Origin: an uncultured candidate division Zixibacteria bacterium
GTDB taxonomy: Bacteria > Zixibacteria > MSB-5A5 > UBA10806
Length of the DNA: 64,000 nucleotides
Direction: 5' to 3'
NCBI GenBank assembly: GCA_963817915.1
Contig: CAWFQL010000011.1
Location: 160,001 to 224,000, forward strand
Numbering within the stretch: the stretch's first letter is position 1; each line of letters begins with the position of its first letter. Both the position numbers and the translations under genes were made by a program. The notes beneath the pieces were generated by a model. That model saw only the letters and a program-made list of their open reading frames with translations. It was not told the origin of the DNA and made no database searches. Positions 20,644-29,782 of this stretch are shown here, in pieces.

Positions 20644-20776
20644 AAGAATTATCCGATGTTTTGGCTAAATTAACTTCCTAATAATCAGGCAGGTCGCGGT
20701 TTCAGGCTTTGCTAACTATCCAATTCATAAGGGCTTGGCATCAAATTATATCCGATCTGTCAGATTCTGGGACTTA

Positions 20777-20791
20777 CGGCACATGATTTGC
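20777..20791 (+). promoter_or_regulatory. sigma54 promoter of the pilin cluster
   Basis: CGGCACATGATTTGC, exact -24/-12 spacing. Confidence 0.75.
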
Positions 20792-20931
20792 CTTATAGGT
20801 CTGCGGTTTCGCGAAGAAATCAAAATGAGACAGTCAGACAAAAGCTAATCCGGCACAGATTAAAGTTGAAATTGCAAAGTTCGATAAAACAAATGGAAAA
20901 CCAGGGAACTAGAAAACAGAGAGGTGAGAAA

Positions 20932-21357
20932 ATGTTAAGGAAATCAAACCGAAATGCAAAAGGTTTTACATTAATCGAATTGATGATTGTCGTAGTCATC
21001 ATCGGTATCCTGGCAGCATTGGCTATTCCGCGCTTTATGCGTTCAACTACTAAATCCAAGCAATCAGAAGCCAAGCAGCTTCTAAAGCAGATCTACACCA
21101 TGCAGCACGCATACAGACAGGAATTTGATTCCTATTGCTTGAACGGAACAGCCGCTTCCGCAGCCGCCCCGACAGCCTTCGCCAGATTAGGCGTTGATAT
21201 CGGTTCAACAGCTCGTTATTCCTACGCGATGGTTTCAGCGCTCAATACCTTTACTTGCACTGCAACATCGAATCTGGATGATGACGCTTCAGTCGATACC
21301 TGGACTATCGACGATACCGGCACGTTGACTTGCACTATCGACGATTCAGTACTATAG
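20932..21357 (+). CDS. pilA: Type IV pilin 1
   Basis: Class III signal KG|FTLIELMIVVVIIGILAALAIPRF; GAGGTG RBS before ATG 20932. Confidence 0.92.
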   Translation: MLRKSNRNAKGFTLIELMIVVVIIGILAALAIPRFMRSTTKSKQSEAKQLLKQIYTMQHAYRQEFDSYCLNGTAASAAAPTAFARLGVDIGSTARYSYAMVSALNTFTCTATSNLDDDASVDTWTIDDTGTLTCTIDDSVL

Positions 21358-21371
21358 CGAATATTTCTTGG

Positions 21372-21400
21372 GGGGACGGTTCGCCGTCCCCTTAATTTTT
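21372..21400 (+). terminator. Stem-loop/terminator after pilin 1
   Basis: GGGGACGG-TTCG-CCGTCCCC then TTAATTTTT. Confidence 0.65.
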
Positions 21401-21447
21401 GCAACGGATGATGGAAGAGACCAAATAACCATTTTAAGGGAGGAAGT

Positions 21448-21864
21448 ATGAAGAGACAGAAAACAGCAGGTTTTACGTTAATCGAATTGATGATTGTCGT
21501 AGTCATCATCGGTATCTTAGCGGCATTAGCTATCCCACGTTTTATGCGTTCAACAACCAAGTCCAAGCAATCAGAAGCCAAGCAGCTTCTAAAGCAGATC
21601 TACACCATGCAGCACGCATACAGACAGGAATTTGATTCCTATTGCTTGAATGGAACAGCCGCTTCCGCCGCCGCCCCGACAGCCTTCGCCAGATTAGGCG
21701 TTGATATCGGTTCAACAGCTCGTTATTCCTACGCGATGGTTTCAGCGCTCAATACCTTTACTTGCACTGCAACATCGAACCTGGATGATGATGCTACAGT
21801 CGATACCTGGACTATCGACGATACCGGCACGTTGACTTGCACTATCGACGATTCAGTTCTATAG
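21448..21864 (+). CDS. pilA: Type IV pilin 2 (near-identical duplicate of pilin 1)
   Basis: AG|FTLIELM; the mature protein differs from pilin 1 at one residue (DDDASVD vs DDDATVD). Confidence 0.92.
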   Translation: MKRQKTAGFTLIELMIVVVIIGILAALAIPRFMRSTTKSKQSEAKQLLKQIYTMQHAYRQEFDSYCLNGTAASAAAPTAFARLGVDIGSTARYSYAMVSALNTFTCTATSNLDDDATVDTWTIDDTGTLTCTIDDSVL

Positions 21865-21872
21865 ATTCCTAT

Positions 21873-21906
21873 AATAAAGGGGACGGCAATACCGTCCCCT
21901 TTATTT
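21873..21906 (+). terminator. Terminator after pilin 2
   Basis: AATAAAGGGGACGG-CAATA-CCGTCCCCTTTATTT. Confidence 0.75.
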
Positions 21907-21954
21907 CTTCTATGAATTCCGAATAAAGAGCTCATGAGAAAAGGATGGCAAAAT

Positions 21955-22380
21955 ATGAAAGCAAATAGATATCGATATACAAAGGGCTTCACACTGATCG
22001 AATTGATGATAGTCGTAGTCATCATAGGTATTCTTGCCGCTCTTGCCATTCCACGCTTCATGCGTTCCGCCACTAAATCCAAGCAGTCTGAAGCCAAAGA
22101 ACTCTTAAAGCAGATTTATACAATGCAACATGCCTATAGGCAGGAATTCGATTCGTATTGCCTCAATGGAGTTACAGCTTCAACAGCGGCGCCGTTAGCA
22201 ATGGCCCGCCTTGGAATTGAAATCGGACCGACTGCTCGTTATTCGTACGCCATGGTTTCCGCGGCAGGTACTTTCACCTGCACCGCCACAGCGGCGCTTG
22301 ATGACGACGCTACCAATGATGTCTGGACAATCGATGATACCGGATTATTGCTTTGTACCAGCGATGATTCCGCATTGTAA
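21955..22380 (+). CDS. Type IV pilin 3
   Basis: KG|FTLIELM; diverged paralog of pilins 1/2. Confidence 0.9.
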   Translation: MKANRYRYTKGFTLIELMIVVVIIGILAALAIPRFMRSATKSKQSEAKELLKQIYTMQHAYRQEFDSYCLNGVTASTAAPLAMARLGIEIGPTARYSYAMVSAAGTFTCTATAALDDDATNDVWTIDDTGLLLCTSDDSAL

Positions 22381-22447
22381 TTACCATCAGAGCTGACGTG
22401 TACTATTCGGGCGATTCAACAGGGTATTCTGCATCAAGGGAGTCTAA

Positions 22448-22873
22448 ATGAAAAGATCGCGCATGATTAACAAAAAAGGCTTCACATTAATCGAATTGAT
22501 GATAGTAGTAGTGATAATTGGAATTCTCGCGGCGCTGGCGGTTCCCAGATTCATGCAGGCGGCGGCAAAATCCAAGCAGTCCGAAGCCAAACAATTGCTA
22601 AAGCAAATTTATACCATGCAGCATGCCTATTTTGCCATGCATGAAAACTACTGCCTTAATGGTACGACTGCGTCATCGGCCATACCGCTTGCTTACGCCC
22701 AAATTCATGTTGAAGTGATGGTACCTGCAAGATACTCGTACCTGATGGTCGCCGCAGGCAATACTTTTAGCTGCACGGCAACCGCCAATATCGATAGCGA
22801 TGCTACTCTGGATACGTGGGTAATTGACCAGACCGGCACGCTACTCAATACAATTGACGATTCGGTATTGTAG
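22448..22873 (+). CDS. Type IV pilin 4
   Basis: KG|FTLIELM; most diverged paralog. Confidence 0.9.
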   Translation: MKRSRMINKKGFTLIELMIVVVIIGILAALAVPRFMQAAAKSKQSEAKQLLKQIYTMQHAYFAMHENYCLNGTTASSAIPLAYAQIHVEVMVPARYSYLMVAAGNTFSCTATANIDSDATLDTWVIDQTGTLLNTIDDSVL

Positions 22874-22945
22874 TGTTTTCAATGATTCCCAAACTCGACT
22901 CCATTAGCAGTTTACAAGATATGACATTTAATATATAATCCGCTT

Positions 22946-23732
22946 ATGGTAGATTTATTTATTGCCGCCTTTGTCTTTTTATTTGGAATAGCCCTCGGCA
23001 GTTTTCTCAATGTTATTATCTACAGGCTTCCCGGAGGCGAATCTCTAGTACGCCCGCCTTCGCACTGCCCCAATTGCAATTCTGAAATCAGATACTACGA
23101 CAATATTCCCATTCTATCATATTTGAATCTTCGGCGGGAAATGCCGTAACTGCAATGAAAAGATCTCCTGCCGTTATCCTTTAGTCGAGTTGGTTACCGG
23201 ATTATTATTTGTACTGGCAATTTACGTCTTTGGACTTTCGCTGAAAGGATATGAAGCGGTATTTCTGTCATTCGTCTTTATGGCGGTATTTTTTATCGAT
23301 CTTGACCATCAGATAATACCCAATGAATTTACGATCCCGGGAGTTGTGATTGGGCTTATTTTAAGCTTTATACCCAATGGATTTATTGGCTGGCAGCACT
23401 CATTTATAGGGGCCTTAGTAGGCGCCGGGATATTTTGGTTGGTCGGATTTTTCGGAAAATTGATTTTTAAAAAAGAAGCGATGGGGCTGGGGGATGTCAA
23501 ATTCGCCGCCATGCTTGGCGCATTTTTCGGATGGCAGAAGCTGATTCTCATTTTGGTTGCGGCTTCCTTTCTCGGTTCAATAATTGGAATTATAATCCTA
23601 TATACCTCCTCGAAGAAAAAGGAAGCCAATTACGTGCCCTTTGGACCTTTTTTGGTTGTCGCGGCCATGATTGCCATGTATCTGGGCGACACCATCATAA
23701 ACGCGTATTTGAGCTATTTTCTTCATAGATAA
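22946..23732 (+). CDS. pilD: Prepilin peptidase A24 (+1 frameshift near 23125)
   Basis: [26 protein letters not shown]; the shifted frame gives [19 protein letters not shown], then FIDLDH, MGLGDVK, VPFGPFL. Confidence 0.88.
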
Positions 23733-23738
23733 TTCTTT

Positions 23739-23765
23739 TATACAGCTACCCATATCTGCCGATAA
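23739..23765 (+). promoter_or_regulatory. Possible sigma28 promoter of the PAS kinase
   Basis: TATA-N15-GCCGATAA, ending 9 bp before ATG 23775. Confidence 0.5.
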
Positions 23766-23774
23766 TTCGTAATA

Positions 23775-25583
23775 ATGAAGCGAAAATACGATTCCTATGA
23801 AATTGAAATAGTAATATCACTGAGCCTCCTGGTTGTCATTCTGATTTCCCTGAGTTTTCTTTCGGGATACGCCTTCGAAAATGCGCGACGCTGGCAGCTA
23901 ATTCAATTTGATGAAAATCTTAATCTCGCAGTTGAAAATGCCAAATTGGTCCTCGAAAATGATATCGATAATTGGCGTCATTCCGATATCGCCACACTCA
24001 AACGGCTACGAGATCTTTCCGCCCAAACTGGAATTGCCGACATTTCAGTCACGGATACTCTCGGCAATGTAATTTCCGCAATTTCGAGTCACCCGGAAAT
24101 CAAATCGAAAAATTCGTATTTCGAAGTTCGCCGACCTATTGTCAATCGAGACGGCAAAATAATGGCCTACGTGATATTTTCTTCGATCAATACGGCCGGA
24201 ATCAAATTTCAGCTTCTCTCTCGCTGGGATGCGGTCTTCAGGATCGCGGGCCTTCTTTCGGCGCTTGTGGTCGGCGCGTTCTTTTTGAAATCGATTCTTT
24301 CGCCATACAGAAGAATCAAGCGGGAGGCGATCGATTACAATCTCGATTGGGGCGATAATGAAAAAAATAAGGGTACTGATTATATCATCGCGACTTTTAA
24401 AAATATTGTCGCCGAACTCGAAGAGAAAAAAGGCCGTCTTGAACAAATGTATGCCACATCTGAAAAAAGAGCGGATTCCCTCGCCAGATATAATGAAGAT
24501 ATCCTGGGCTCCATCACATCGGGAGTCATGATTTGTGACTCAAGCGGCATAATCACCAGACTAAATAGATCGGCTCAGACAATACTGAAATATTTCGAGA
24601 AAGACTGTCTGGGCAGGCATTATCGAGATATTTTCGGCTTAGAACATAAATTAACCATGCTTTTCGACGACGCTCTGCAGCGAAAAGTCGTGCATTCCCG
24701 AATTGAATTCGAGATCAAGCGCCCTGATAATGACAAGCTCTGGATTGGCTGTTCATCGTCTATGATCAACGATGAAAAGGGGGATGGCATGGGGGCCGCC
24801 ATCTTAATGATCGATTTGACTGAAATTCGAAAATTGCAGGAAATTTCTTCATTCAATGAAAAGATGGCTTCTCTGGGACAAACTGCGGCCGGATTGGCTC
24901 ATGAAATCAGAAATTCATTTGCCACCATCGTAGGATTTGCGACTCTCCTCAAGAAGAGTATTGTCGATGATCCTCAAATCGCGAAGCATGTCGATTCTAT
25001 CCGAAATGAATCCATGGCTGCTGAATCATTGCTTTCGAGATTCCTTGATTTTGCCAAGCCTCTTGAGCCCAGAATCGAACGAATACATATCAAAAGCCTG
25101 ATTGATTCCGCGCTTCAATGTCTCCATCATCCGGGTCTTTCCAATATCAAAGTCACCCAAATTATATCGCATGATCTATCCGATTATATGGGTGATTCCG
25201 CGTTATTGCGTCAAGCCTTGATAAATCTTCTGCTAAATTCCTGCGATGCAATCAGCGGCAATGGCGAAATTCGGATTGAAGCATATGTTGCCGATAAAGC
25301 GCACGCAATAAATAAAACCGAATTGGTAATAGCCATCCTCGATAACGGGGCAGGTATTGATTCGAAAGTAATTGGCAAAATATTCGATCCCTTCTTTTCA
25401 GATAAAAAGAATGGTACAGGATTAGGACTGGCTCTGGTCAAAAAAATTGTGGTCTTGCATAACGGCCTTATTGAAGTTCATAGCAAAAAGGGAAGAGGGA
25501 CAAAATTCACCGTTAGGTTGCCTATAATTAGAGATATTGCGATTACCGACAAGAAGCAAATTATGTCATTTCGGGAGGCTTAG
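23775..25583 (+). CDS. Membrane PAS sensor histidine kinase (PilS/NtrB-like, orphan)
   Basis: 2 TM, PAS, LAHEIRN H-box, NLLLNS, DNGAG, FDPFF, GTGLGL. Confidence 0.9.
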   Translation: MKRKYDSYEIEIVISLSLLVVILISLSFLSGYAFENARRWQLIQFDENLNLAVENAKLVLENDIDNWRHSDIATLKRLRDLSAQTGIADISVTDTLGNVISAISSHPEIKSKNSYFEVRRPIVNRDGKIMAYVIFSSINTAGIKFQLLSRWDAVFRIAGLLSALVVGAFFLKSILSPYRRIKREAIDYNLDWGDNEKNKGTDYIIATFKNIVAELEEKKGRLEQMYATSEKRADSLARYNEDILGSITSGVMICDSSGIITRLNRSAQTILKYFEKDCLGRHYRDIFGLEHKLTMLFDDALQRKVVHSRIEFEIKRPDNDKLWIGCSSSMINDEKGDGMGAAILMIDLTEIRKLQEISSFNEKMASLGQTAAGLAHEIRNSFATIVGFATLLKKSIVDDPQIAKHVDSIRNESMAAESLLSRFLDFAKPLEPRIERIHIKSLIDSALQCLHHPGLSNIKVTQIISHDLSDYMGDSALLRQALINLLLNSCDAISGNGEIRIEAYVADKAHAINKTELVIAILDNGAGIDSKVIGKIFDPFFSDKKNGTGLGLALVKKIVVLHNGLIEVHSKKGRGTKFTVRLPIIRDIAITDKKQIMSFREA

Positions 25584-25659
25584 ATCGAGCGGGATTCGAG
25601 TAGTTTTGGTATTATTAATTTGCCGGTATCATAGTATGATTCACCATGAAATTACGACA

Positions 25660-25686
25660 TAAAGGCTCAGGATAATAAGCCGATAG
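25660..25686 (+). promoter_or_regulatory. sigma28 (FliA) promoter of the HDOD gene
   Basis: TAAA-N15-GCCGATAG. Confidence 0.75.
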
Positions 25687-25719
25687 TTAGTAATGAATGG
25701 GTAGCGAAAGGGGAATGCC

Positions 25720-27030
25720 ATGACTTTGAAAAATAAAATTCTTACGAAACTAAGTTCATTGGAAGTTGTTGCTTCGCCTGCTCCCGTTCTTGCGGAAATC
25801 CTTACATTATTAGATCAGGAATCCTCAAATGCCAAAAATCTTACAGAAATAATTTTAAAAGATCCTAACCTGACTGCGAGAATTCTTAAAGCCGCGAATT
25901 CATCTTTTTATGGTGTTCGTCAAAAAGTAAACACTATCAATCAGGCGGTTTTGGTCCTCGGGCTTGATGCGGTAAAATGCCTGGTACTTTCCATCTCTAT
26001 TTACAATCAGTTATCCACCAGAGGAAATGTTAACGAACACGAATTCTCGGGGCTCTGGAGGCATTTCCTGGAATCCGCGGCGGCCGCGAAGAATATTGCT
26101 ATAAATATAAAATACCCAAGTATCGAAGAAGCGTATATAGCCGGTTTGCTGCATGATTTTGGAAGACTCTTCCTCTTGCGATATTTTTCTCCGGAGGTAT
26201 TTCAGACCAATAGAATGGTTGCCGAGGGCGCCAGGCTGGTCGAGGCGGAAGAGAAGATTTTTGGATTGGATCATCAGGAAATAGGTCACTATATCGCTAC
26301 CAAGTGGAATCTTCCGGACAAGCTTGTTGCTGCTATAGGCGCGCATCATCCCAAGAATGAGCAGGAAGTATCTAATCTATCGCTTCTGACAAAAATCGCC
26401 GCCCTGGCCGAACACCTTTGTCCTAATAGCCAGGAATTACCGGAGACTCCGGAGGGAGTGAGCCATAAGGCGCTTATTCTGGATACCTGCTGTACCCAGA
26501 TGGGAATCGGCATGGATGTTATTCAGAAAATCTATGGAGTCCTGCCTCAAGAAGTATTGCATCACGCGGAAAGCATGGAAATCAATATCGGCGATGCCAT
26601 TGAATATTTGACTCGCACCAATATGGAGCTTTTCAATCTTTATGTCGAATTGGCCTCGACCTTCAAACAAAGGCAGGAATTGTCAAAAAGGATACTTGCC
26701 GATGAAAGAGTGGAAGGCACACTCGAATCGCTTCATATCGCTCTGGCAACATTGTCGCACTATATCAATAATTCCACTATGAGTATCAGCGGTCAATGCG
26801 AAGTGGTCAATTTGCTTCATACAAAGGGTGATAAGAACGGGGTATACGAGAGAATTCCCGGACTCACCGATTCCATACGAAAATCGATAAAGAAAATCTC
26901 GATCGTTTTACAGGAGCTTTCGAATATAACTACTCTTGAAAGAATAAACTATTTCAAGCATTCCAAGGCGATCGATATCGAAAAATCGCTCAAAGATCGT
27001 CTCGAAAGAGAATCCGCTCCAGTCGCATAG
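25720..27030 (+). CDS. HDOD-domain protein with C-terminal HisKA-like helix pair (no ATPase domain)
   Basis: DPNLTARILKAANS, AGLLHDFG, DHQEIG, WNLP; C-term ATLSHYINN. Confidence 0.85.
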   Translation: MTLKNKILTKLSSLEVVASPAPVLAEILTLLDQESSNAKNLTEIILKDPNLTARILKAANSSFYGVRQKVNTINQAVLVLGLDAVKCLVLSISIYNQLSTRGNVNEHEFSGLWRHFLESAAAAKNIAINIKYPSIEEAYIAGLLHDFGRLFLLRYFSPEVFQTNRMVAEGARLVEAEEKIFGLDHQEIGHYIATKWNLPDKLVAAIGAHHPKNEQEVSNLSLLTKIAALAEHLCPNSQELPETPEGVSHKALILDTCCTQMGIGMDVIQKIYGVLPQEVLHHAESMEINIGDAIEYLTRTNMELFNLYVELASTFKQRQELSKRILADERVEGTLESLHIALATLSHYINNSTMSISGQCEVVNLLHTKGDKNGVYERIPGLTDSIRKSIKKISIVLQELSNITTLERINYFKHSKAIDIEKSLKDRLERESAPVA

Positions 27031-27636
27031 TTATTTTACAAATATTTTCCCAGGCACAAATTTTGGCTTCCATGAATGGACTCCATCCGGAGAACCAAAA
27101 TATAATTCCTTTTGAAGCGGATCCGCCGTCAATTGGAAATCGTAAACTCCGGTTTTCGCGTTCTGAGATATCGAAATAAATAATTTTAACATTTGCTCGG
27201 GCTTGCCGGATGTAAATATGGTTGGCTTTTCCTTGCCGCCCAGGCTGTGAATGCCATTTATGGAAATGAAGCCCGTATCGATTTTGGCATTGGTAAATTT
27301 CTCATCCCATTTGCTCATCGTTCCCATAAAATTCACCGAATCAATTTTAAAAGCCTTTGAATCATATTTTATGGGGATACAAAGAGTGCCGATCCCGTAC
27401 CATTGTTTTCCGTCCTGTTTGACAGTATCGTCAACCCAAAATCTAATCCCGAGTTCGACCTTTTGTCCTGCCGCAGTCAAAACTGAATCCATGATTATTT
27501 CATCAGGTTTGCCGGGATCTATTGCCACTGAGCTCTTCGGTGTTTCGCTGGCCTTTTTTGTATCCGCACCTGCCAAATTATAAAAAAATGCTCCCCAAAT
27601 AACTATAGCCGCGATATTAAGAATGTTTTTTCTCAT
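27031..27636 (-). CDS. Secreted/anchored cohesin-like beta-sandwich protein
   Basis: N-terminal signal/TM, then GQKVELGI...IPIKYDSKAFKIDSV...MLKLFISI...FVPGKIFV, a pattern resembling cohesin domains. Confidence 0.55.
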   Translation of the reverse strand: MRKNILNIAAIVIWGAFFYNLAGADTKKASETPKSSVAIDPGKPDEIIMDSVLTAAGQKVELGIRFWVDDTVKQDGKQWYGIGTLCIPIKYDSKAFKIDSVNFMGTMSKWDEKFTNAKIDTGFISINGIHSLGGKEKPTIFTSGKPEQMLKLFISISQNAKTGVYDFQLTADPLQKELYFGSPDGVHSWKPKFVPGKIFVK

Positions 27637-27647
27637 TTGATTTTGCC

Positions 27648-28439
27648 CTACTGAATAATTGTTGCGCGTATTGGTATTGTTATTCTTGTATCCGGATTAT
27701 CTTTGGCCTCGATCGTGACTGATTTATGGAGGGTCGTGGTATCCGCTTGAGGAGCAAGATCCATTGTAAGAATCATCGACTTACCTGCCTTGATAATATC
27801 TCCAGCCAGAGTGGTTGACATCATGCTTTTGGCGGGCTCTTCGACTATTGCAACCATATGATCGAGGCTGTCACCGTTGATAAGATTTATCTTTATTTGC
27901 GATTTTTCCCCTATCTTGACTCCGCCGAAATCAGGCTCAAGCGGATCAATTTTGAAAACCTGCGTTGGATCGTTAATAACCGCTGTAAATGAGACTTTCA
28001 TGTATGGATTAATAGGATCATTGGATTCGATATAAATCCATTTCTCAACTCGGCCATTAAATTTTTGCGTATTGAATGTTGCCGCGACATAAGCTGTGCC
28101 GCCCGGCGGAACTTTATCATTTGAAACAGGCGCGATAGTGCAGCCGCAGGTAGGTTTGACCTTGGTGATTATCAAAGTATCCTGACCCTTATTTTCGACC
28201 CCGAAATTATGAAGTACAATGGCCCCTTTTGGTATCGAGCCAAAATTCCATGAGTCATTGTCAAACGCAATACGTGCTTTGCATGCCGGATCGATTTTTA
28301 TTGTCGGTTTGAAGCTGGGAGGGCTCTGCGGCTGATTTGGATCCTGTGTCGCAGTTTGGGCATTAAGATTCCCCTCAAAAATGAAGCATATAGCCATCAT
28401 AAAGATGCATGCCGTGACCAGTACATTTAATCTTTTCAT
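27648..28439 (-). CDS. DUF1573 domain protein
   Basis: WNFGSI, HNFGVENKG, KPTCGCT, ESNDP; AGGAG RBS favours start 28439 over 28481. Confidence 0.8.
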   Translation of the reverse strand: MKRLNVLVTACIFMMAICFIFEGNLNAQTATQDPNQPQSPPSFKPTIKIDPACKARIAFDNDSWNFGSIPKGAIVLHNFGVENKGQDTLIITKVKPTCGCTIAPVSNDKVPPGGTAYVAATFNTQKFNGRVEKWIYIESNDPINPYMKVSFTAVINDPTQVFKIDPLEPDFGGVKIGEKSQIKINLINGDSLDHMVAIVEEPAKSMMSTTLAGDIIKAGKSMILTMDLAPQADTTTLHKSVTIEAKDNPDTRITIPIRATIIQ

Positions 28440-28488
28440 TTTGTAGGCGTCTCCTTCTTGTCCTATTTTTATTTTATTCAATTCTATT

Positions 28489-29457
28489 CTAATTAATGTA
28501 TCCCAACTGTTTCATCCAGTTATCGTTAAAAGCTTTAGACAAATACCGGTTACCCGAATCGGCTAAAATAACGACAGGGTATCTGAAATTAGAGCCCTCT
28601 CTTAGGAGCTTTCTCGCAGCTGAGACAACCGCCCCAGATGATCCCCCCGCAAGAAGTCCTTCTTCCCGGGCTATTTCGCGAGTTGTTAAAAAGGCTTCTT
28701 TGTCGCTGATCTGAATAAATCTATCGATAACTTTGAAATCCATTGCGCCAACAAGCTTGTCGGTACCTATGCCCTCGATCTCATAATGAGTCGCTTCTAT
28801 CACTTTGCCGGTCTCGAAATAATGGGTAAATATCGAACCTTCCGAATCGACCGCGATAATCTTAATCTGGGGATTTTTCTCTTTCAAGTAGCGACCAGCA
28901 CCTGATATAGTCCCGCCGGTGCCCGCGCCGGCAATTAAACAATCTATCTGACCGTCAGTTTGAAGCCACAACTCAGGGCCGGTAGTTTGATAATGGCAGT
29001 CGATATTGGCCGGGTTATTATATTGATCGAGATAAATTGAATTCGGGATTTGCGATGCCAACCGCTCGGCAGTCTTATAATTGCATTGAGGATCGTCCGG
29101 TTTCGCGGTATGCGGAGTCAAAACTAATTCCGCGCCAAAAAGCTTCATCATATCCTGCTTTTCGCGCGAATTTTTATCGCTCATTACTATAATGGCTTTA
29201 TATCCCTTAGCGGCGCATATCCATGCCACGGCAATACCGGTATTGCCCGATGTCACCTCAATGACTGTCCCGCCCGGTTTTAGACGGCCATCCTTTTCAG
29301 CCGATTCTATCAAAGAAATGGCCAGACGGTCCTTGAGCGAACCACTGGGATTGAACATTTCAGCCTTCGCGTTGATGACAGCCGATAATCCCCTCGACAT
29401 TTTGGCGAGCGGAATTAACGGTGTCTTACCAATCAAATTTAACGATGTATTTGCCAT
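28489..29457 (-). CDS. Cysteine synthase / cystathionine beta-synthase family PLP enzyme
   Basis: IGKTPL, NPSGSLKDR, TSGNTG, GAGTGGT, EGIG, GGSSG; start may be 29457 or 29481. Confidence 0.88.
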   Translation of the reverse strand: MANTSLNLIGKTPLIPLAKMSRGLSAVINAKAEMFNPSGSLKDRLAISLIESAEKDGRLKPGGTVIEVTSGNTGIAVAWICAAKGYKAIIVMSDKNSREKQDMMKLFGAELVLTPHTAKPDDPQCNYKTAERLASQIPNSIYLDQYNNPANIDCHYQTTGPELWLQTDGQIDCLIAGAGTGGTISGAGRYLKEKNPQIKIIAVDSEGSIFTHYFETGKVIEATHYEIEGIGTDKLVGAMDFKVIDRFIQISDKEAFLTTREIAREEGLLAGGSSGAVVSAARKLLREGSNFRYPVVILADSGNRYLSKAFNDNWMKQLGYIN

Positions 29458-29782
29458 AAAAGGCGTCGTGCGAACCAGCATTTACAGTTATACCCCTCTT
29501 CCGACCAAAAGATTCAATTTTTGAGGCGGATTCTATACATTAATTACCTTTTGTCCACCCTTGTTAATAGGAATAATATATTTTATCGCATTTGTCAAAA
29601 ATATTCTAATTTGAGCAAATTGAAGCGCCATTGGGGGTAGAACGATAAAAAGGTAATTTCTTTCGTTGCTGGACTCCCTTGATTAGCCAGATGGCAGGGA
29701 TTCGGCGGGGAATCCAAAAACCTGTTGTATTTGTCTTTGAATTTATTGTATATCTCTTTCAGGACAAAAAATTTGGAGGATA

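Noticed and set aside
20792..20931. c-di-GMP riboswitch in the pilin leader, and the ORF extension from 20788
   Set aside because: No GEMM consensus seen. The TTG at 20788 lies inside the sigma54 -12 box, so the true start is 20932.
20932..22873. Electrically conductive (e-pilin) type or silent pilS-style cassettes
   Set aside because: Mature pilins are about 129 aa with 11 F/Y/W by my count and lack an aromatic at position 27, so this is borderline at best. All copies have full N-termini, so they are not silent cassettes.
29480..29782. Purine or ZTP riboswitch upstream of purD
   Set aside because: No recognisable consensus by eye; an Rfam scan would be needed to exclude it fully.
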